From: the human T2T-CHM13v2.0 reference genome, Homo sapiens
Assembly: GCF_009914755.1 (NCBI RefSeq)
Contig: NC_060934.1
Length of the DNA: 64,000 bases
Strand: one strand, 5' to 3'
Shown: piece after piece, positions 27,192 through 42,420 of the stretch
Layout: every line of letters starts with the position of its first letter
Position numbering within the stretch: the first letter of the stretch is position 1
Made by a program: the position numbers and the translations under genes
The notes under the pieces: model-generated
The model's input: the letters and a program-made list of their open reading frames with translations, nothing else
Database searches by the model: none
What the model was told of the DNA's origin: nothing

Positions 27192-29239
27192 TAGAAATAC
27201 AAGTTTTGCAGGCTTGTGTGGAACCTGGGCCATATGGCCAGCTCTGTGAGGGATGAGACCCATCCCTGGCTGGCAGGGCATCCTGTGTGCTGCAGCAGAG
27301 AGACCCACACTGAAGGGCACAGAGCTTCTGACCAGCCCAATGGAAACACAAGTGAAGGGACACAGGGTGCAGAAGGAGGAGACAGAATCTCCTGGGAGTA
27401 AACAGGAGGCTGTGGAAGAGAAAGCTGAAGCAGGGAGGTGTGACATGGGGGGTTGTTGAACTCAGGTAGAGCTGGAAGGCTGCTCCTAGCCAGGCAAGCA
27501 GCGTGAGCAGGAGCATGGAGGCTGCGGTGAGGGCCACACAGAGCTGCCATGGGAGCTCAGATACCACATTGTGCACAGGAAATTACCACCCCAGCACTTC
27601 CTTGTTGCCCTACAGCCTTTAGTCCATTATCGGTAGGAAGATGATTCTTTCCCTGGGTGCATGAAGGCTCTAGATCGGGGTGAATGAATGCCTAGAGGTC
27701 TGAAAATTTTAACTTGGTTCTGTCAGGGGAACCTGTCTCCCTGAGTTTTCACGGCCTAAGGAGACTAACAATGAGGATGGGTCTGGTTCAGTGGAGCTGC
27801 GGCCTTGGCCTTCAGAATGAGGCCAACTCTGGCTGGAAACTCAAGGCCAATCCTGAGCTGCTGTGACCTACTCTGATCTCCTGCACCCTCTCCTTCCCAC
27901 CCACAACTCTCAGCTTTGCATCTCCCAACCTTGGCAGGCAAAATGCTTCCCCTTCCCTGTGTCTTTGCTGCCTAAGCCCAGACACCAACTCTCAGTAGAG
28001 CTCAGAGCCCCAGCTTTCTCAGAAATGAGCTGGGAATGATGCGATTATGAGGTCATGGTGAGGACAGGGAGACCAAGCTCATAAGGAAGGCATCTTGCAA
28101 AATAGCTGGTAGATGGTAGAGCCTCACCCCTCCCGCTGGTTAAATGAAAATATTTCCACTCAGAAGATCAGCAAAAGGTGTTCATTGAAGTTCATTTAAT
28201 AAACCTTAGGGTGTAGCAGCTCAGGCTCTGGGATTTCCAGTTTCTCTTTCAAAAGATAAGGGAAAGCCCCTGTCTCCAAGATTAGAATTCAGATCCTTAC
28301 GAGATGAAGAGATCCTAAAAATGCATACACAGTTAAACTCTGAGATTTGTATCTGTGATCTGTGGATAATTATTCTCCATGACATACAGACACAGATATG
28401 GCCACACACAGAAGTATTCAGCAGGGGCACAGATATTTCATAGAAGACAAAATGTATATTGGGCAAAAGAAGGTCACCTGGAAATAAACCGAAATCTTTT
28501 TACCTTACAGGATAATTTTGAAATTTGAAGAGTCTCCTGGGCCATGATATCTTGGAAAAGTCTCTACCATATTTGATGCTCCATGTCCCATGCTTCCTCC
28601 TCTCTCTCTCATTTCCAGTGTTTCCCTTTAGAAACATTTGCAGTCCTATCTTTCTGGGTGTCCGCTTCCTGGAGGACCAGTTCACACCCCAGGGTATACC
28701 AGGTGTGACTCCTCATACACTATTCAAACTCAGGCAGATACTGCCTTGCTGGACACAGAAGCAGGGTTACCCTTTGGGTAGTGTTGACTGGGAAGGGTCC
28801 GAGGGGGGCTTCTGGGGTGGGGGAATATCCTGTATCCAGCCACGGGTGGAGGTTGTGCTCATTCATTCTAGAAAGAGTCACTGTGCTCCTAGTGACTGCC
28901 AGTGGTGCCTTGTGAGCAGATAGACAGTAATACATCCCCATGAGGTGGCCAACTTCTGACAGGGAATAGAAGGGGGCCCAGCAGTGGCTGTGGAGCCTGT
29001 GAGGGGCCTCGCAGAGACTCAGGGTTTGTCAGAGCCCATTCCCCACTGAGCCAGCTGCCCTCGGTAGAACCAACTCCAGGCAGCTCTAAGGGAAGTTGAG
29101 CTGGGTGTAGACATTTCTCCATAAGTCCTGTGCCCCCCACCATCTTCCTGTAATTTTTAAATTGTGTGATAGGCAGAGGTCGGTGGTGAGAGGCTCACTG
29201 AGCAGGACTGGAGAGGAGTAGAGAACGCAGGGGTGAGTT

Positions 29240-29790
29240 CAGTCAGAGGATGAGACAGGCAGAGAGAAGAGAGAGAAGGGATGAGAGAGGGAGGGGAAGG
29301 ACAGAGAGAAGGAGAAAGACAAGGAGGATAGAGAGAGAGGGGTTGAAACAGTGAGAGAAAGAGAGAAGGGAGAGAGAGAGAAGGTGGAAGGTGAGGAGAG
29401 AGAGAGAGAGAGATGGAGATGGGAGGATGGAGTCATGGAGAGAAGTTGATTTGGGCCCAGGGGGAGAAAAGGAAAGCTGGAAGAGACAAAGACAGAAGGA
29501 CCCACAGTGAGAACCAAGGGAGTTGGAGGGAGGGAGATGTCCAGAGAGCTGGCCAGTGATCCACACACGGAGGGAAAGGCAGAGAAAAAAAGACAGAGAA
29601 GAGAGGAATGAAGACAGGAAACAAGAGAGATGGAGAGGACTGAGACAGGGAGAGGAGGCTGGAGAGAATCACAGAGAAACAGCACAATAGAGGTAGGGAA
29701 AGAGTTGTTGAGGACAGGGTCACAGAGAGAAAGGAAGGACAAAGAGGGAGGCAGAGAGAAGCAGAGAAAGAGAAAGCAGGGAACAAAAGG
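29240..29790. repeat. GA-rich polypurine low-complexity tract
   Basis: About 550 nt dominated by gaga/ggag/acag. Confidence 0.88.
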
Positions 29791-30347
29791 GTGAGCCTGC
29801 AGGAGGTGGAGGGGGGCAGATGGCCTGGGTGAGGGGACAGCAAAGGCAGGTAGTCCTGGGACTCAGGAGCCATGGGAGTTCTTGCACTCCAAGGCTGTGA
29901 CCTCCTTAAGGCCCAGCGCCATGAAAGCCCATCACATGGGGACACGCAGGCCTCCCTTGTGGCTGGGTTGCTGTGTGGAGCCTCTGGGTCTGTCCCTGAA
30001 GCAAGGACTTCCAGGGGAAAGGGCTGCCCTGTCTCAGGTTTGCCTCCTCTGTGGGGTGGGGATCCCAGCAGCCTCCCTCGCTGCCTGGTCCCTGCTGCAT
30101 TTCCCATCCTGGCCAGCTAGGTGGCTGTCAAGTCCCATACCTGGGAACCAGGCTGAGACCCTTTGTCCAGCCTCATCTGTTCTCACCTGGCTCCAGATTC
30201 CAGCCACAGCTCTGGCAAACAGTCCACACATGCTGGCTGTCACCAGATCCACATACCCCGGGTGGATTCCTGCCCTGTTCCCACAGGACAGCCCTCAACC
30301 AATGGAGACAGGAACATGGAGTTAAATGCTTCTCCCTTTTTCACTGA

Positions 30348-30699
<352 letters not shown>

Positions 30700-31672
30700 T
30701 GATGCACTTTCTAGATGCTGTCCTAGAGATCACACTGGGTTAAGCCTCAGTTGCCTTCAATGTGGTCATCTCTACAGTATACCCTTAGCTTTTTTCTCCT
30801 CCTTTACTTTCCCAGACCCTCACTCTGCTCCCTGGATTCACTTTTCGAAATAGTCCTCCTGCTGCAAAGTCCTGGGCACCTGCCCTACTTTCAGCATTGG
30901 AAGGGGGGCCCAGGCTAAGACCATGAGGCCCCACTGTGGGGGCCCACAGCCCCGTTCCTCCCTCTATTCCCACCACAGTTCCTCCCTCCTGTCCCTCAGT
31001 GCTTCCTCGCCTTTCCCTCCAGCCCACCGTGAGATCCCAGGGGACGGAGCAGCCCCTTCTCTGCCCCAGTGCAGGGCTTGGCCTTAGCACACGGTCAGTC
31101 TGTGCTGGGGTGAAGTGGTGAATGAGTGAGTGGTTGAGTGATAATGCATCATCAGATCTGTCTTTTCCACATGTCTCTATCTCCACCCAGAACCAGTTTT
31201 CTCATCCACAAATAGGCATATGAGGTTGGGTGCTCCTAAACCCTGCAAAATTCAGAGCTGGCACAGTTGGGAACTGACCTTCCTTGACCTCACCTCACTT
31301 TCTGTATCTATAAAATGGGGTACCTGCCTCTAAGAGTAAAAAGGAGGCCTGGCATAGGGAAAGAAATTCTCTCAGCTCGAGCACCCAGATCATCCATCTT
31401 GCTCTCAAATACCTAATACAGGGGACCATGTTTTCTGCTATAATTGGTATTGGAGCTGGTACCATTTATTAAAGGCAATTCAGTTATGAAGCTTCATTTA
31501 TTAAAACAGTGTAGTAAATGTGTATGTATGGACAGACAGATAAATATAATAGAAGAGCAAGTCCAGATGTAGACAGAAATCCATACAGAAATAGAGAATG
31601 GGACAAAGGAAGCATCTCAATGCAGGGTGCTCAGACACCTGGCCAAACATCTGAAAACTAAAAGAATAAAAT

Positions 31673-31793
31673 TGGCTGGGCACAGTGACTCACACCTTTA
31701 ATTCCAGCACTTGGAGAGGCCGAGGCAGGTGGATTACCTGAGGTCAGGAGTTTGAGACCAGCCTGGCCAACATGGTGAAACCCCGTTTCTACT
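31673..31793 (+). mobile_element. Alu left arm fragment
   Basis: Ends abruptly before the A-rich linker. Confidence 0.88.
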
Positions 31794-32357
31794 TCTAATT
31801 TATGAGTTTAATTAGTTCACATTGATAAGGATAACAGAAATATTTGGGCTTATTGCTGCCATCTTTTGTGTTATACATATACCCTTGGGATGGATATTCC
31901 CAAGGGTCATGGACTGTGCTGTGGACCACACACTACGCAAGGCCATGAGACAGAAGCCAGGCCTGGAGGGACCTTCACAAAGGACCTTTGGGCCTGCTGG
32001 AGTGCAACTATGGCAAGTGACCACAGCGGAGACACTGGCCACTAGCCATGTCTGCTCCCACCACAAAGCCTCATCCAGGTAACCCAGCATCACTCTTCTT
32101 GGGGCTGTGCCCACTGCCCTGGCTCTGTCTGCCCATGGCCCTGCAAACATCCACAGGACAAACAAGGAATCTGTATGAAATCCCTATCGGCATCCATCCT
32201 GGTCCTAGGAACAACAGGAGTGTAGAAGGAGGAGGATTAAGAGCCTCAGCTCATATGACCTGTGGAAGATAGGACAGGGCCAGCTGGCTCTTCCCTATAG
32301 GGCCCAGTAGCACACAGCTACTCGAGGACACATGTTAGGGATAAATATGAACCTGGG

Positions 32358-32656
32358 GGCCAGGCGCGGTGGCTCACACCTATAATCCTAGCATTCTGGG
32401 AGGCTGAAGCAGGTGGATCACCTGAGGTCAGGGGCTCAAGACCAGCCTGGCCAACATGGCAAAATCCTGTCTGTACTAAAAATACAAAAATTAGCTGGGC
32501 ATGGTAGTGTGTGCCTGTAATCTCAGCTACTCAGGAGGCTGAGGCAGGAGAATCACTTGAATCCAGGAGGCGGAGGTTGCAGTGAGCCGAGATTGCGTCA
32601 CTGCATTCCAGCTTGGGTGACAGAGCAAGACTCCATCTCAAAAAAAAAAAAAAAAA
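32358..32656 (+). mobile_element. Alu
   Basis: Full dimer with A tail. Confidence 0.95.
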
Positions 32657-33334
32657 TGAACCAGAGAAGGGAGCAGTGCACTAACGCAGAAACCCACTAC
32701 TGAGCTGGAGGGAAGCAAGAGGCCAGCAGAGAGCTGATCTACACTTTGATGTGGCTTTGCTGCATCTGTCATGAGGCCTGCACCCACCTACAGGTCCACT
32801 GTAGTCAAGGTAGACAGGTCAGTCTTAAACAGAGCATTACAGCGCCCTGGGAGGTGGGAGTCTCTGCCACAGGCGGGACATGGGCTAGTGTCCTCAAGCA
32901 GAAAGGCTCTTCAAGGTGCCATGCAAAGGTTGGCATCCAATCCCACAACCCTCTCCCAAAAAGAGGAGCATTTTGGCCCCCCAAAAAACTGTTTCTGGGT
33001 CAGTGGAGCCTGATGGCAGCCATCCCTCTCTCTACCACCGGAGGAAGAGCCAGCCACCCTTTTCCTTCCTTCATCAAGGTAACCAGCCATTAGCATCCAA
33101 GCCAAGGGGCAGGGGAAATACAAAGAACGCATATTCACACAAAATTTCACTCCATGCTTAACCAGGCTCTGCTCCTTATTGATAACGGTGACCCTGCAAT
33201 GGGCCTCAGTTCTTACGTCTGTAAAACAGGCATAAACAGCTAGCTCCCAGCTGACAGACACTGGTTGCAGGAACGGCATGGGATAAGCACTCATGTGCAT
33301 TATCCTTTCCGCCTAAGAAAAGTACTCCCCAAAA

Positions 33335-33635
33335 GGCTGTGCACAGTGGCTCATGCCTGTAATCCCAGCACTTTGGGAGGCCGAGGCGGGCGGATCACCT
33401 GAAGTCAGGAGTTCGAAATCAGCCTGGACAACATGGCGAAACCCCATCTCCACTAAAAATACAAAAATTAGCCAGGCAAGGTGGCGGGGGGTGCCTGTAA
33501 TCCCAGCTACTCGGAGGCTGAGACAGGAGAATTGCTTGAACCCGGGAGGTGGAGGTTGCAGTGAACCGAGATTGCGTCACTGAACTCCAGCCTGGGCAAC
33601 AGAGCGAAACTCTGTTTCAAAAAAAAAACAAAAAA
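33335..33635 (+). mobile_element. Alu
   Basis: Full dimer with A tail. Confidence 0.94.
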
Positions 33636-35341
33636 GGTCCCCCCGCCCCGAACAAAGGAGAAAGGCAGAGCAGTCCCTGAGACAAGATGGGGCGCAGGCA
33701 CACCAAGGCCCCCGGAAACCTGGTCAGAGTGTCTGTCCCAACTGGCCTGCCCTGTTCAGAGAGATGGAAAGCTGGGGAGAGTCTTGATCTCTCGGGGGCT
33801 CTGAACGGCCTCCTGGTGAGGGATGGGGGTCCCTGAGCCCTGAGGCTTATTATCCCCCATGGGAACACACAGAACTCCCTGGAACCCCCTCCTCTGTCCA
33901 CAGGGAATGCGCGAGCCACCTCTGCCCTCTACTGGCTGAATTAAAAACTGCAGCCAATTGAAGGATGGGCAAATAAATGTCACACATCACTCTCCCTGTT
34001 CATTCATTCCTCATTCACGGAGAGCTGCTTTGTATCAGGTGCCAAGATAGGACGGGAGGCATAATTTTAATTCTCTGTGTCTCCAAGGCTGTATCTGCAT
34101 GAATTCTCCTGTACTTCCCCTGCTTCCCAAAGGCCTGGTCTGACAGGAACAGTCTTCATCTTTTTTCAGGGCTGTTCTAACTGTCTCATCCTCATTTGTC
34201 CACAGAGGCCAGCTCAGTTCTGTGCCCCTGGAGAAGGCTGATGTGAAGCACTATCCATTGCTGAGCACTTGCTAGGTCCTAGGCACTAGCTAGACCCTTT
34301 CTGTCTACCATATCCCTCCCAAGCTCACTGCAAGGCACGGTCCATCTTCATTCCCTTGTAACAGCTAGGGAAACTGGGGCTCAGTGAGGTTCCACAGCTT
34401 TTCAGAAGTCGCATGGCCTGAAGATTCTAGAGCCTGCTTCAAACCTTGTTCCCCCTGACCCCAGAATCTCTGTTCAGGTTTCCCTGAAGATGCCAGAGTG
34501 TGTTCGGTCCACAATGACCACAGTTACGGACCAGGCCCAGCCTGGTCAGGCTCACCTGGCCTTTCACACTGCAAGGTGGACCTGGTCTGAACCTCAGGTC
34601 CTAGGACTGCTCACTATATCACCCTGAGGATCCAGCCTTGCTTTTTACCTATAAGGTGTGCATATCTATCCCTGGGCAGGCTTGATCCTGGCTCAGCATG
34701 GCATCCCAACCCCTAGTCCTCAAGCTGCAGACACCCCAGCGCTTCGCCCAGGCTGCCCTGAGGCCTTTAGCACACGCATTGTACAGATGGTGATGACACT
34801 GGGGCAGGCTTTTTACCCCAAATGAAGAATCTGAGGGCCCAGTAAGCCAGATGCGCTGGTGAAGAGGAATCCCAGCCTGTACCAACCTCTCATTGCCTTG
34901 AACAGCTAAGCTCAGTCCAGCTCTGGCCAGGACCCTTACAGCCAGGGGGCAGCAGCCCTGCTGGGCCCAGACCAGGAGCCACCTACCCTTTAGAATGTCA
35001 GCACAGTCAAACCATTCTTTTACATTTATGGAGACTGACAACTAGCCTCCACTGTTGTCTTATCACTGAGCAACACAGAAGCATTGGCAGAGAGGAAGTG
35101 TTCTGATATTTCAAATGTTTCTGGTGGTCGAAATGCTCCCAGATAATAGCATAGTTTTGGAAATAATGGACTACATCATAAAATTAAAATTAACTCCTTC
35201 TGTTTTCTAGAACTTATAATGAGAATAATTTAAATAACCATTATTTACCAAATTTTATTCATATATGTATAATACTATTGATGTATCATTTGAGGAAAAG
35301 TAAAGCACATATAAAAGAGGCTTTTAAATTAAAAACAAATA

Positions 35342-36786
<1,445 letters not shown>

Positions 36787-39700
36787 TAAATAATTCAAAA
36801 ATACATTTGGGAAAATTTGAGAAATTATGTAGGGCCTGGTGGTAATTGGGCATTTGGACTGGCAGGATCATGTGGTGGCTCAATGAGAAGCCAGAAAGCA
36901 ACTCTTTCCCATTTTCTGGGTGGGGGCTCCAGCCCCTGAGTGGGGATAAGGAGGAAAGCAGCCCTTCATGGAAGCTGGCTCAGGAGTTCACCCAGGCTTC
37001 CTGGAGAAGGGGACAGAAGAGGATGTCTCCTTCCCATGAACTCCACATTTGAGTTCACTGGAAACATAGGCTCTGGGAATGGAGGGGAAGAGGGCAGAGG
37101 AAAGGCTGGCAGCTGAGGTGGGGTATAAAGGGAGGGGAGTGTCAGAGGAGGCTGCGTCCACGCCTGGAGGTCAGAGGGCAAATGCCCCCAATCACGCTCC
37201 ATCTGGGTTATCAGCTGCTTGAGGATCCATGTCCAGAAACTCGGGGAATCACTGTGTCCGTTTTCCTTGCCTCGGGACTGTGCCTCTTGTCTGGAGATGA
37301 TGAGGTTTCTTTCAGCCTCCCATGCTCTCCACCAATGATCATGAGTTTCCATTCGAGACACAGAATCTGGCTTTGAGAATAAGAAACAGTTCCCTCCAGC
37401 TTTTCTTCAAGAGCCTCAAGTCACCTTCTGTAACTCCAGATCACAAGCTGGACCCATCCAGGGCAGCAGGCACTCCTGGGCTTTGACCTCCTCTGTCTCG
37501 AGGTGAAACTCGGTGAGGGTTTTACATTCCACTGAACTACTGCTGGACTGCAGTGGCACGTCCCTGATCTCTGCACAGAATGTCTTTCATCCCCTGGTTA
37601 AACAAGTCTGTCAAAAACAAGAGAACTTTCACCACACGCATACCATGACACCCTCACCACCTCCCAGGGTGATCCAGGCCGAGCAAAACTTGTGCTCACC
37701 TGCTTCTGCCTCAAGCTCCATGGAGTCTGCTGGGTTCACCAATAAAGCAGCTCACGCGAGGCTGAAGGTCCTCCCCCATTTCCCAGGCTGCTGCAGAGCT
37801 TCTTGCAGCCACCATGGCCAGCTGGGCCGAAACACTGAGACCACTGACCACGGTCTGCCCAGAACCACACCCGTGCCTGGCAACAGGGCAGACTATCACT
37901 GGAGAGGCGTGGGGGCACAGCGACAATAGAATCACACCCTCCACCCTGCCCTCTGCTGAACCCCCTCCTGTGGCCCCAGAGCACTCTCCCCATCCTGAGC
38001 GCTCCCTGTTCTCTCTGCCTGGAAGGCTTCCTCCGGCTGCTGGCGTGGAGCACATATGTCCACACAAAATAACTGCACTCCTTACCGCAGGCCCCAGGGG
38101 TCCGGGGCGGGCCTGGGGCGGCTTGGTTCTCAGTGGAAGGAGGGAAGGAATGCCGCGGAAGGAAGGAACAGGTGAGTGAGTGAGTGAGTGAGTGATGAGG
38201 CCCAAAACCATCCCTTGCCCTTCCTCAGAATTCACACTTTCTTGTTCTCTCTTGTCAGTTGCTTCCCTAAGGAAAGCTTAAAATCCCTGTCCACAAAATA
38301 CCTGAAATATATAATTAAAAATATACATGTATATATTATATAATTTTAAATATTTAACAAATTGAAATAAATGCAAATCTATACACTGATAACATCAGGT
38401 GATCATATAACACTAAAATTCATCATTTTGGACTACAATGAAAATCTCAAAAATGTGTTTGGAAAGTACAAATAATAGAGATTATTTTCTATTAATAACG
38501 TGTCAATGAAACTAGAAATGAGTGAAAAATTGAGGAAAAACAGCCACATAGGAATTTTATGACTCCCCCATAAGCCATTTTGGATCAAAAAGCCACCAAA
38601 ACCAACATTCAGTTCAGAAAGTTAAAAATGGAAAAGAAACACAAGGAAAGCAGAGAAACAGAAATGAGATCAAAACGAATTAAAATGTCTTAGAAACTGT
38701 GAAGGCTTTGATGCAAAAATCCAAAAACAAAAAAAAATGGCTTCTTTCCTTTCTTTTAAGAGAGGAGCAGAAATATACAATTAAAGATGAGATCAAACAG
38801 AAAACCAAAGACATAGAAGAGAACTAAGTTCAGAGCTGCTTTGTAGAGCTCAGTGCTAGAGGTGGAGAGAGCTGGCCATGCCTGCTGGGAGGGGCGGGGC
38901 AGCCCAGGAAGTGGGAGTGGGGTCGGCCTGGTGGGGGTTGGGAGGTGGGGCCCTGAAGCTGCTGCTGGGCTACTTTTCGCCCAAGGGTGAAGATGGAACA
39001 GCCCTGGGTTGTCTATACAGGTCGCGGCCTCCACCTCATCCCACCCCACTTACTCTCCCGAGGAGGGCATGGATACCATGCCAGGGGGCCTGAAGAGGGT
39101 TGCAGAGCCCTGGAGGAGGCCAGGGCCAGGGGCTGCCACGGGAAGTGGAAGGCAGTGGCCCCCACTCCTCCCAGAGAGGCTTCTGGGAAGCCTGCACAGA
39201 GCCTGGGAGTCCAGGGCTGCCCCTCCTGCTGGAGAATACACTGTTCAGAACTAAAGGAACAGCGGGATCCCAGGACTTCACAGCCCGGGAACAGTCCCTC
39301 CAGAGCAGCGGGAACCAGGCAGTGTCCTGGGCAGATCTCGAGGAAGTGGAGGGAGATCCAGCCGGCTCCCACTCTTAGCTCCCATCCTGCCCACGGACAC
39401 AATCTGCTCTCTGAGTGGGTGGTCCTCCAAAGTGTCTTCCCCTGCCAGAGCCTGTTTCCTCCTGGTCACTTGGGATTCTGACAGCCTCCGAGGAAAGGAA
39501 TTCCTGTCCTCTTAGGCTGTTGTGACTGGCTCCGCAGTTGCAGTCTTGGCCTGTGAAGGAGGGGGCTCCTCCCAGCCAGGCCTTGTGTCCCAGGGCCTTT
39601 CTGTGGGCACTCCTGCAAACACCCCAGAGGCAGCCACCTCAACCCTGGGGCAGGAGAGAAGCCCTGCTTTGGTGGCCCAGAATGGATGCTTCCCTAAGAT

Positions 39701-39960
39701 CCACCCACCCCATCCCCCAGTCCATTCAGCACACGCTGACCTTGCCCTCCTGGGGTTCTGTCCCCTAGGCCTGGGAGCAAAGCGATTGTCTCTATCTTGA
39801 TGCCACCTCTGACCGCAAGGTCAAACTAGGCAGACATGACATTTACATTTCAAGAAGAACCATATTTTCATCCAGAAAGTCTGTACCAAGTTATACCGAT
39901 CAACTGTGTTTGGGGATATCTATTTCCTTATATCTTTGCCAGCCCTGGATTTTAAAAACC

Positions 39961-40552
39961 TTTTTCTTTTTCTTTTTTTTTTAAAATTTTTTATTATACT
40001 TTAAGTTATAGGGTACACGTGCACAACGTGCAGGTTTGTTACATATGTATACATGGGCCATGTTGGTGTGTTGCACCCATTAACTCGTCATTTACATTAG
40101 GTATATATCCTAATGCTATCGCCCCCCACCCCACAACAGACCCCGGTGTGTGATGTTCCCCTTCCTGTGTCCAAGTGTTCTCATTGTTCAATTCCCACCT
40201 ATGAGTGAGAACATGAGGTGTTTGGTTTTTTGTCCTTGTGATAGTTTGCTGAGAATGATGGTTTCCAGCTTCATCCATGTCCCTACAGAGGACATGAACT
40301 CATCATTTTTTATGGCTGCATAGTATTCCATGGTGTATATGTGCCACATTTTCTTAATCCAATCTATCGTTGTTGAACATTTGGGTTGGTTCCAAGTCTG
40401 CTATTGTGAATAGTGCTGCAATAAACATACATGTGCATGTGTCTTTATAGCAGCATGATTTATAATCCTATGGATATATTCCCAGTAATGGGATGGCTGG
40501 GTCAAATGGTATTTCTAGTTCTAGATCCCTGAGGAATCGCCACACTGTCTTC
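39961..40552 (-). mobile_element. L1PA 3'-end, 5'-truncated
   Basis: Canonical ttattatactttaagtt...cccacctatgagtgagaac...gaggaatcgccacactgtcttc. Confidence 0.95.
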
Positions 40553-40889
40553 AAATCTTTTTATTTATTTCTTTTCTTTCCTTTCTTTTTTTTTTCTCGC
40601 CATCTGTTTGCCGAAATACAATGTTGCATTTTTTAAAGTGTTTATTTTTTGAAACAAGTACAATTGAGCAACCTTTGTTTCTCCTGACTTTCTCCATTTC
40701 TTTGATTATATTTACTTATTCCTATCCGTCTAGTTTTTTCCATTTCCTACTGGGGCTTGTATTGCTTTCTTATTGAGCTGCGGTTCACTCCATTCAAATA
40801 TTTTCTACTCTGTCACTTATCTTTTACCCTTACTTGTGGCTTTTTCCTAATGCACAAGAATTTCATTTTTAAGAAATCAGATTTGGCAA

Positions 40890-41228
40890 GTGTTATGGAG
40901 TCAATGTTTGTGTCCCCCCAAATTCAGATGTTGAAATCCTAACCTCCAATGTGATATCAGGAGGTGGGACCTTTCAGAGGCGGGGCCCTCATAAATGGGA
41001 TTGGTGCCCTTATCACACACACCCCAGCTCTCTCACCCTCTTTCTGCCGTGTGAGGATGCAATGAGAAGTTGGCCATTTGTACCCAGAAGTGGGACCTCT
41101 CCAGAACCAACCATGCTGGCACCCAGCTCTCAAACTTCCAGCTACGAGAACTGTGAGAAACAAATTTCTGTTATTTATAGGCCACCCCGTTTGTTATTTT
41201 GTTATAGCAGCCTGAAAAGACTAAGACA
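40890..41228 (+). mobile_element. MLT1A-type solo LTR
   Basis: tgttatgga...aatgtttgtgtcccccca at the start and gactaagaca at the end. Confidence 0.85.
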
Positions 41229-41876
41229 GCAAATTATTTGGCTTCTGATTTCCATCCTGTCCCATAAGAGTCACATGAAAGTGTCTGACAAACCTCCCAT
41301 ATTATAGGGACTCCACTGTTGAGGTTGTAAGCTCTCCTGTTCCCTTGGGTTGATTTCCTCTCCCCACTGAATTATTTATCTACCCACATTGTTCTGCATC
41401 TGAGCCGACATGAACCAAACTCAGAACACAGTCCTTGTTCCTTCTTTCTCCAAACGTTCCTCATGGAGGCATTATGGTAGGAAGGAAGAAGACCTCATAG
41501 GCCAGGGACCAGATGTCTGTCACATTGCCTCTTACACTGTGCCTGAGTCATACTTACTCTAGGGAATTTGCCACAGGCATAAAGTTATTCTAAAGTTCCC
41601 ACCCCATGCCTTTCATCCCAGCTAACCCCTGCTGAGCTAATTATTTTCCCCAGACTCAACTCTCATCCCATATTCCTCCATCCACTGCCAACTCCAAAGT
41701 ACCTCCTATACTTTTCAGACCAAGCTCCCACCTCCTGAGCCCCATTCATACCTCCTATGTGTCTGCCCCTCATTGGATATTACATTTCTCTGGGACCTCT
41801 GACATGAGATGTCTTCCTCATTGGCATGCCACGGTTACTTCTAGGGTTGAAGCAACTGAAGTGCAGAGTGATCAAT

Positions 41877-42420
41877 TGTATGGAGGCAGAAATTTAAAAA
41901 TAATAAGTACTGCATTCATTCACTCCAAGAAAAGTAAAAGCCAAGGCCCAGAATGTGGCAAGGCAAGGGTTAAAAAGAAAAGACAAACAAGTTTTCCTCT
42001 GCCTAGCAAGCTCACTTCAAGGACAGTTATAAGATAACGCTGTTCGAGAAGTTGAAACCAAAGGAATAGGCTCCAGACACCCCACCTCAGGAGCAAGGGT
42101 GAAGGAAAAGAAAAAAAAAAGGACAAATATCTGTATTTAGCCAGTTCTTGTTTTTTCTTTTGATGCAGCTAGAAGGCCACCAGCTATGCAAGGCCACAAG
42201 TTATGCCAAGTCATCAGTTATGCTATAGATTATGTGACCTGTCATTATATGATTAACTGCCTTTGTTTTGCTTCTGTAGATTGCCTATAAAAATCCTGCT
42301 CAGTCTTTGTTCAAGGCTCAGCTTTTTGGATGTGAATCCACTGAGCCAGTGCACACCTTAAAATAAATACCCTCCTATATTCACCCATACTGGTCTCTCT
42401 AGTCCTCTGTGACCTGTAAC
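41877..42420 (+). mobile_element. ERV solo LTR, subfamily not assigned
   Basis: TG start, TATAAAA at ~42286, gaatccactgagccagtgcac R-like motif, AATAAA at ~42362. Confidence 0.7.

Noticed and set aside
29239-30107. Long Ser/Leu ORFs (167 and 224 aa) and the His/Thr ORFs near 10 kb
   Set aside because: Artefacts of GA-rich and CA-rich low-complexity DNA.
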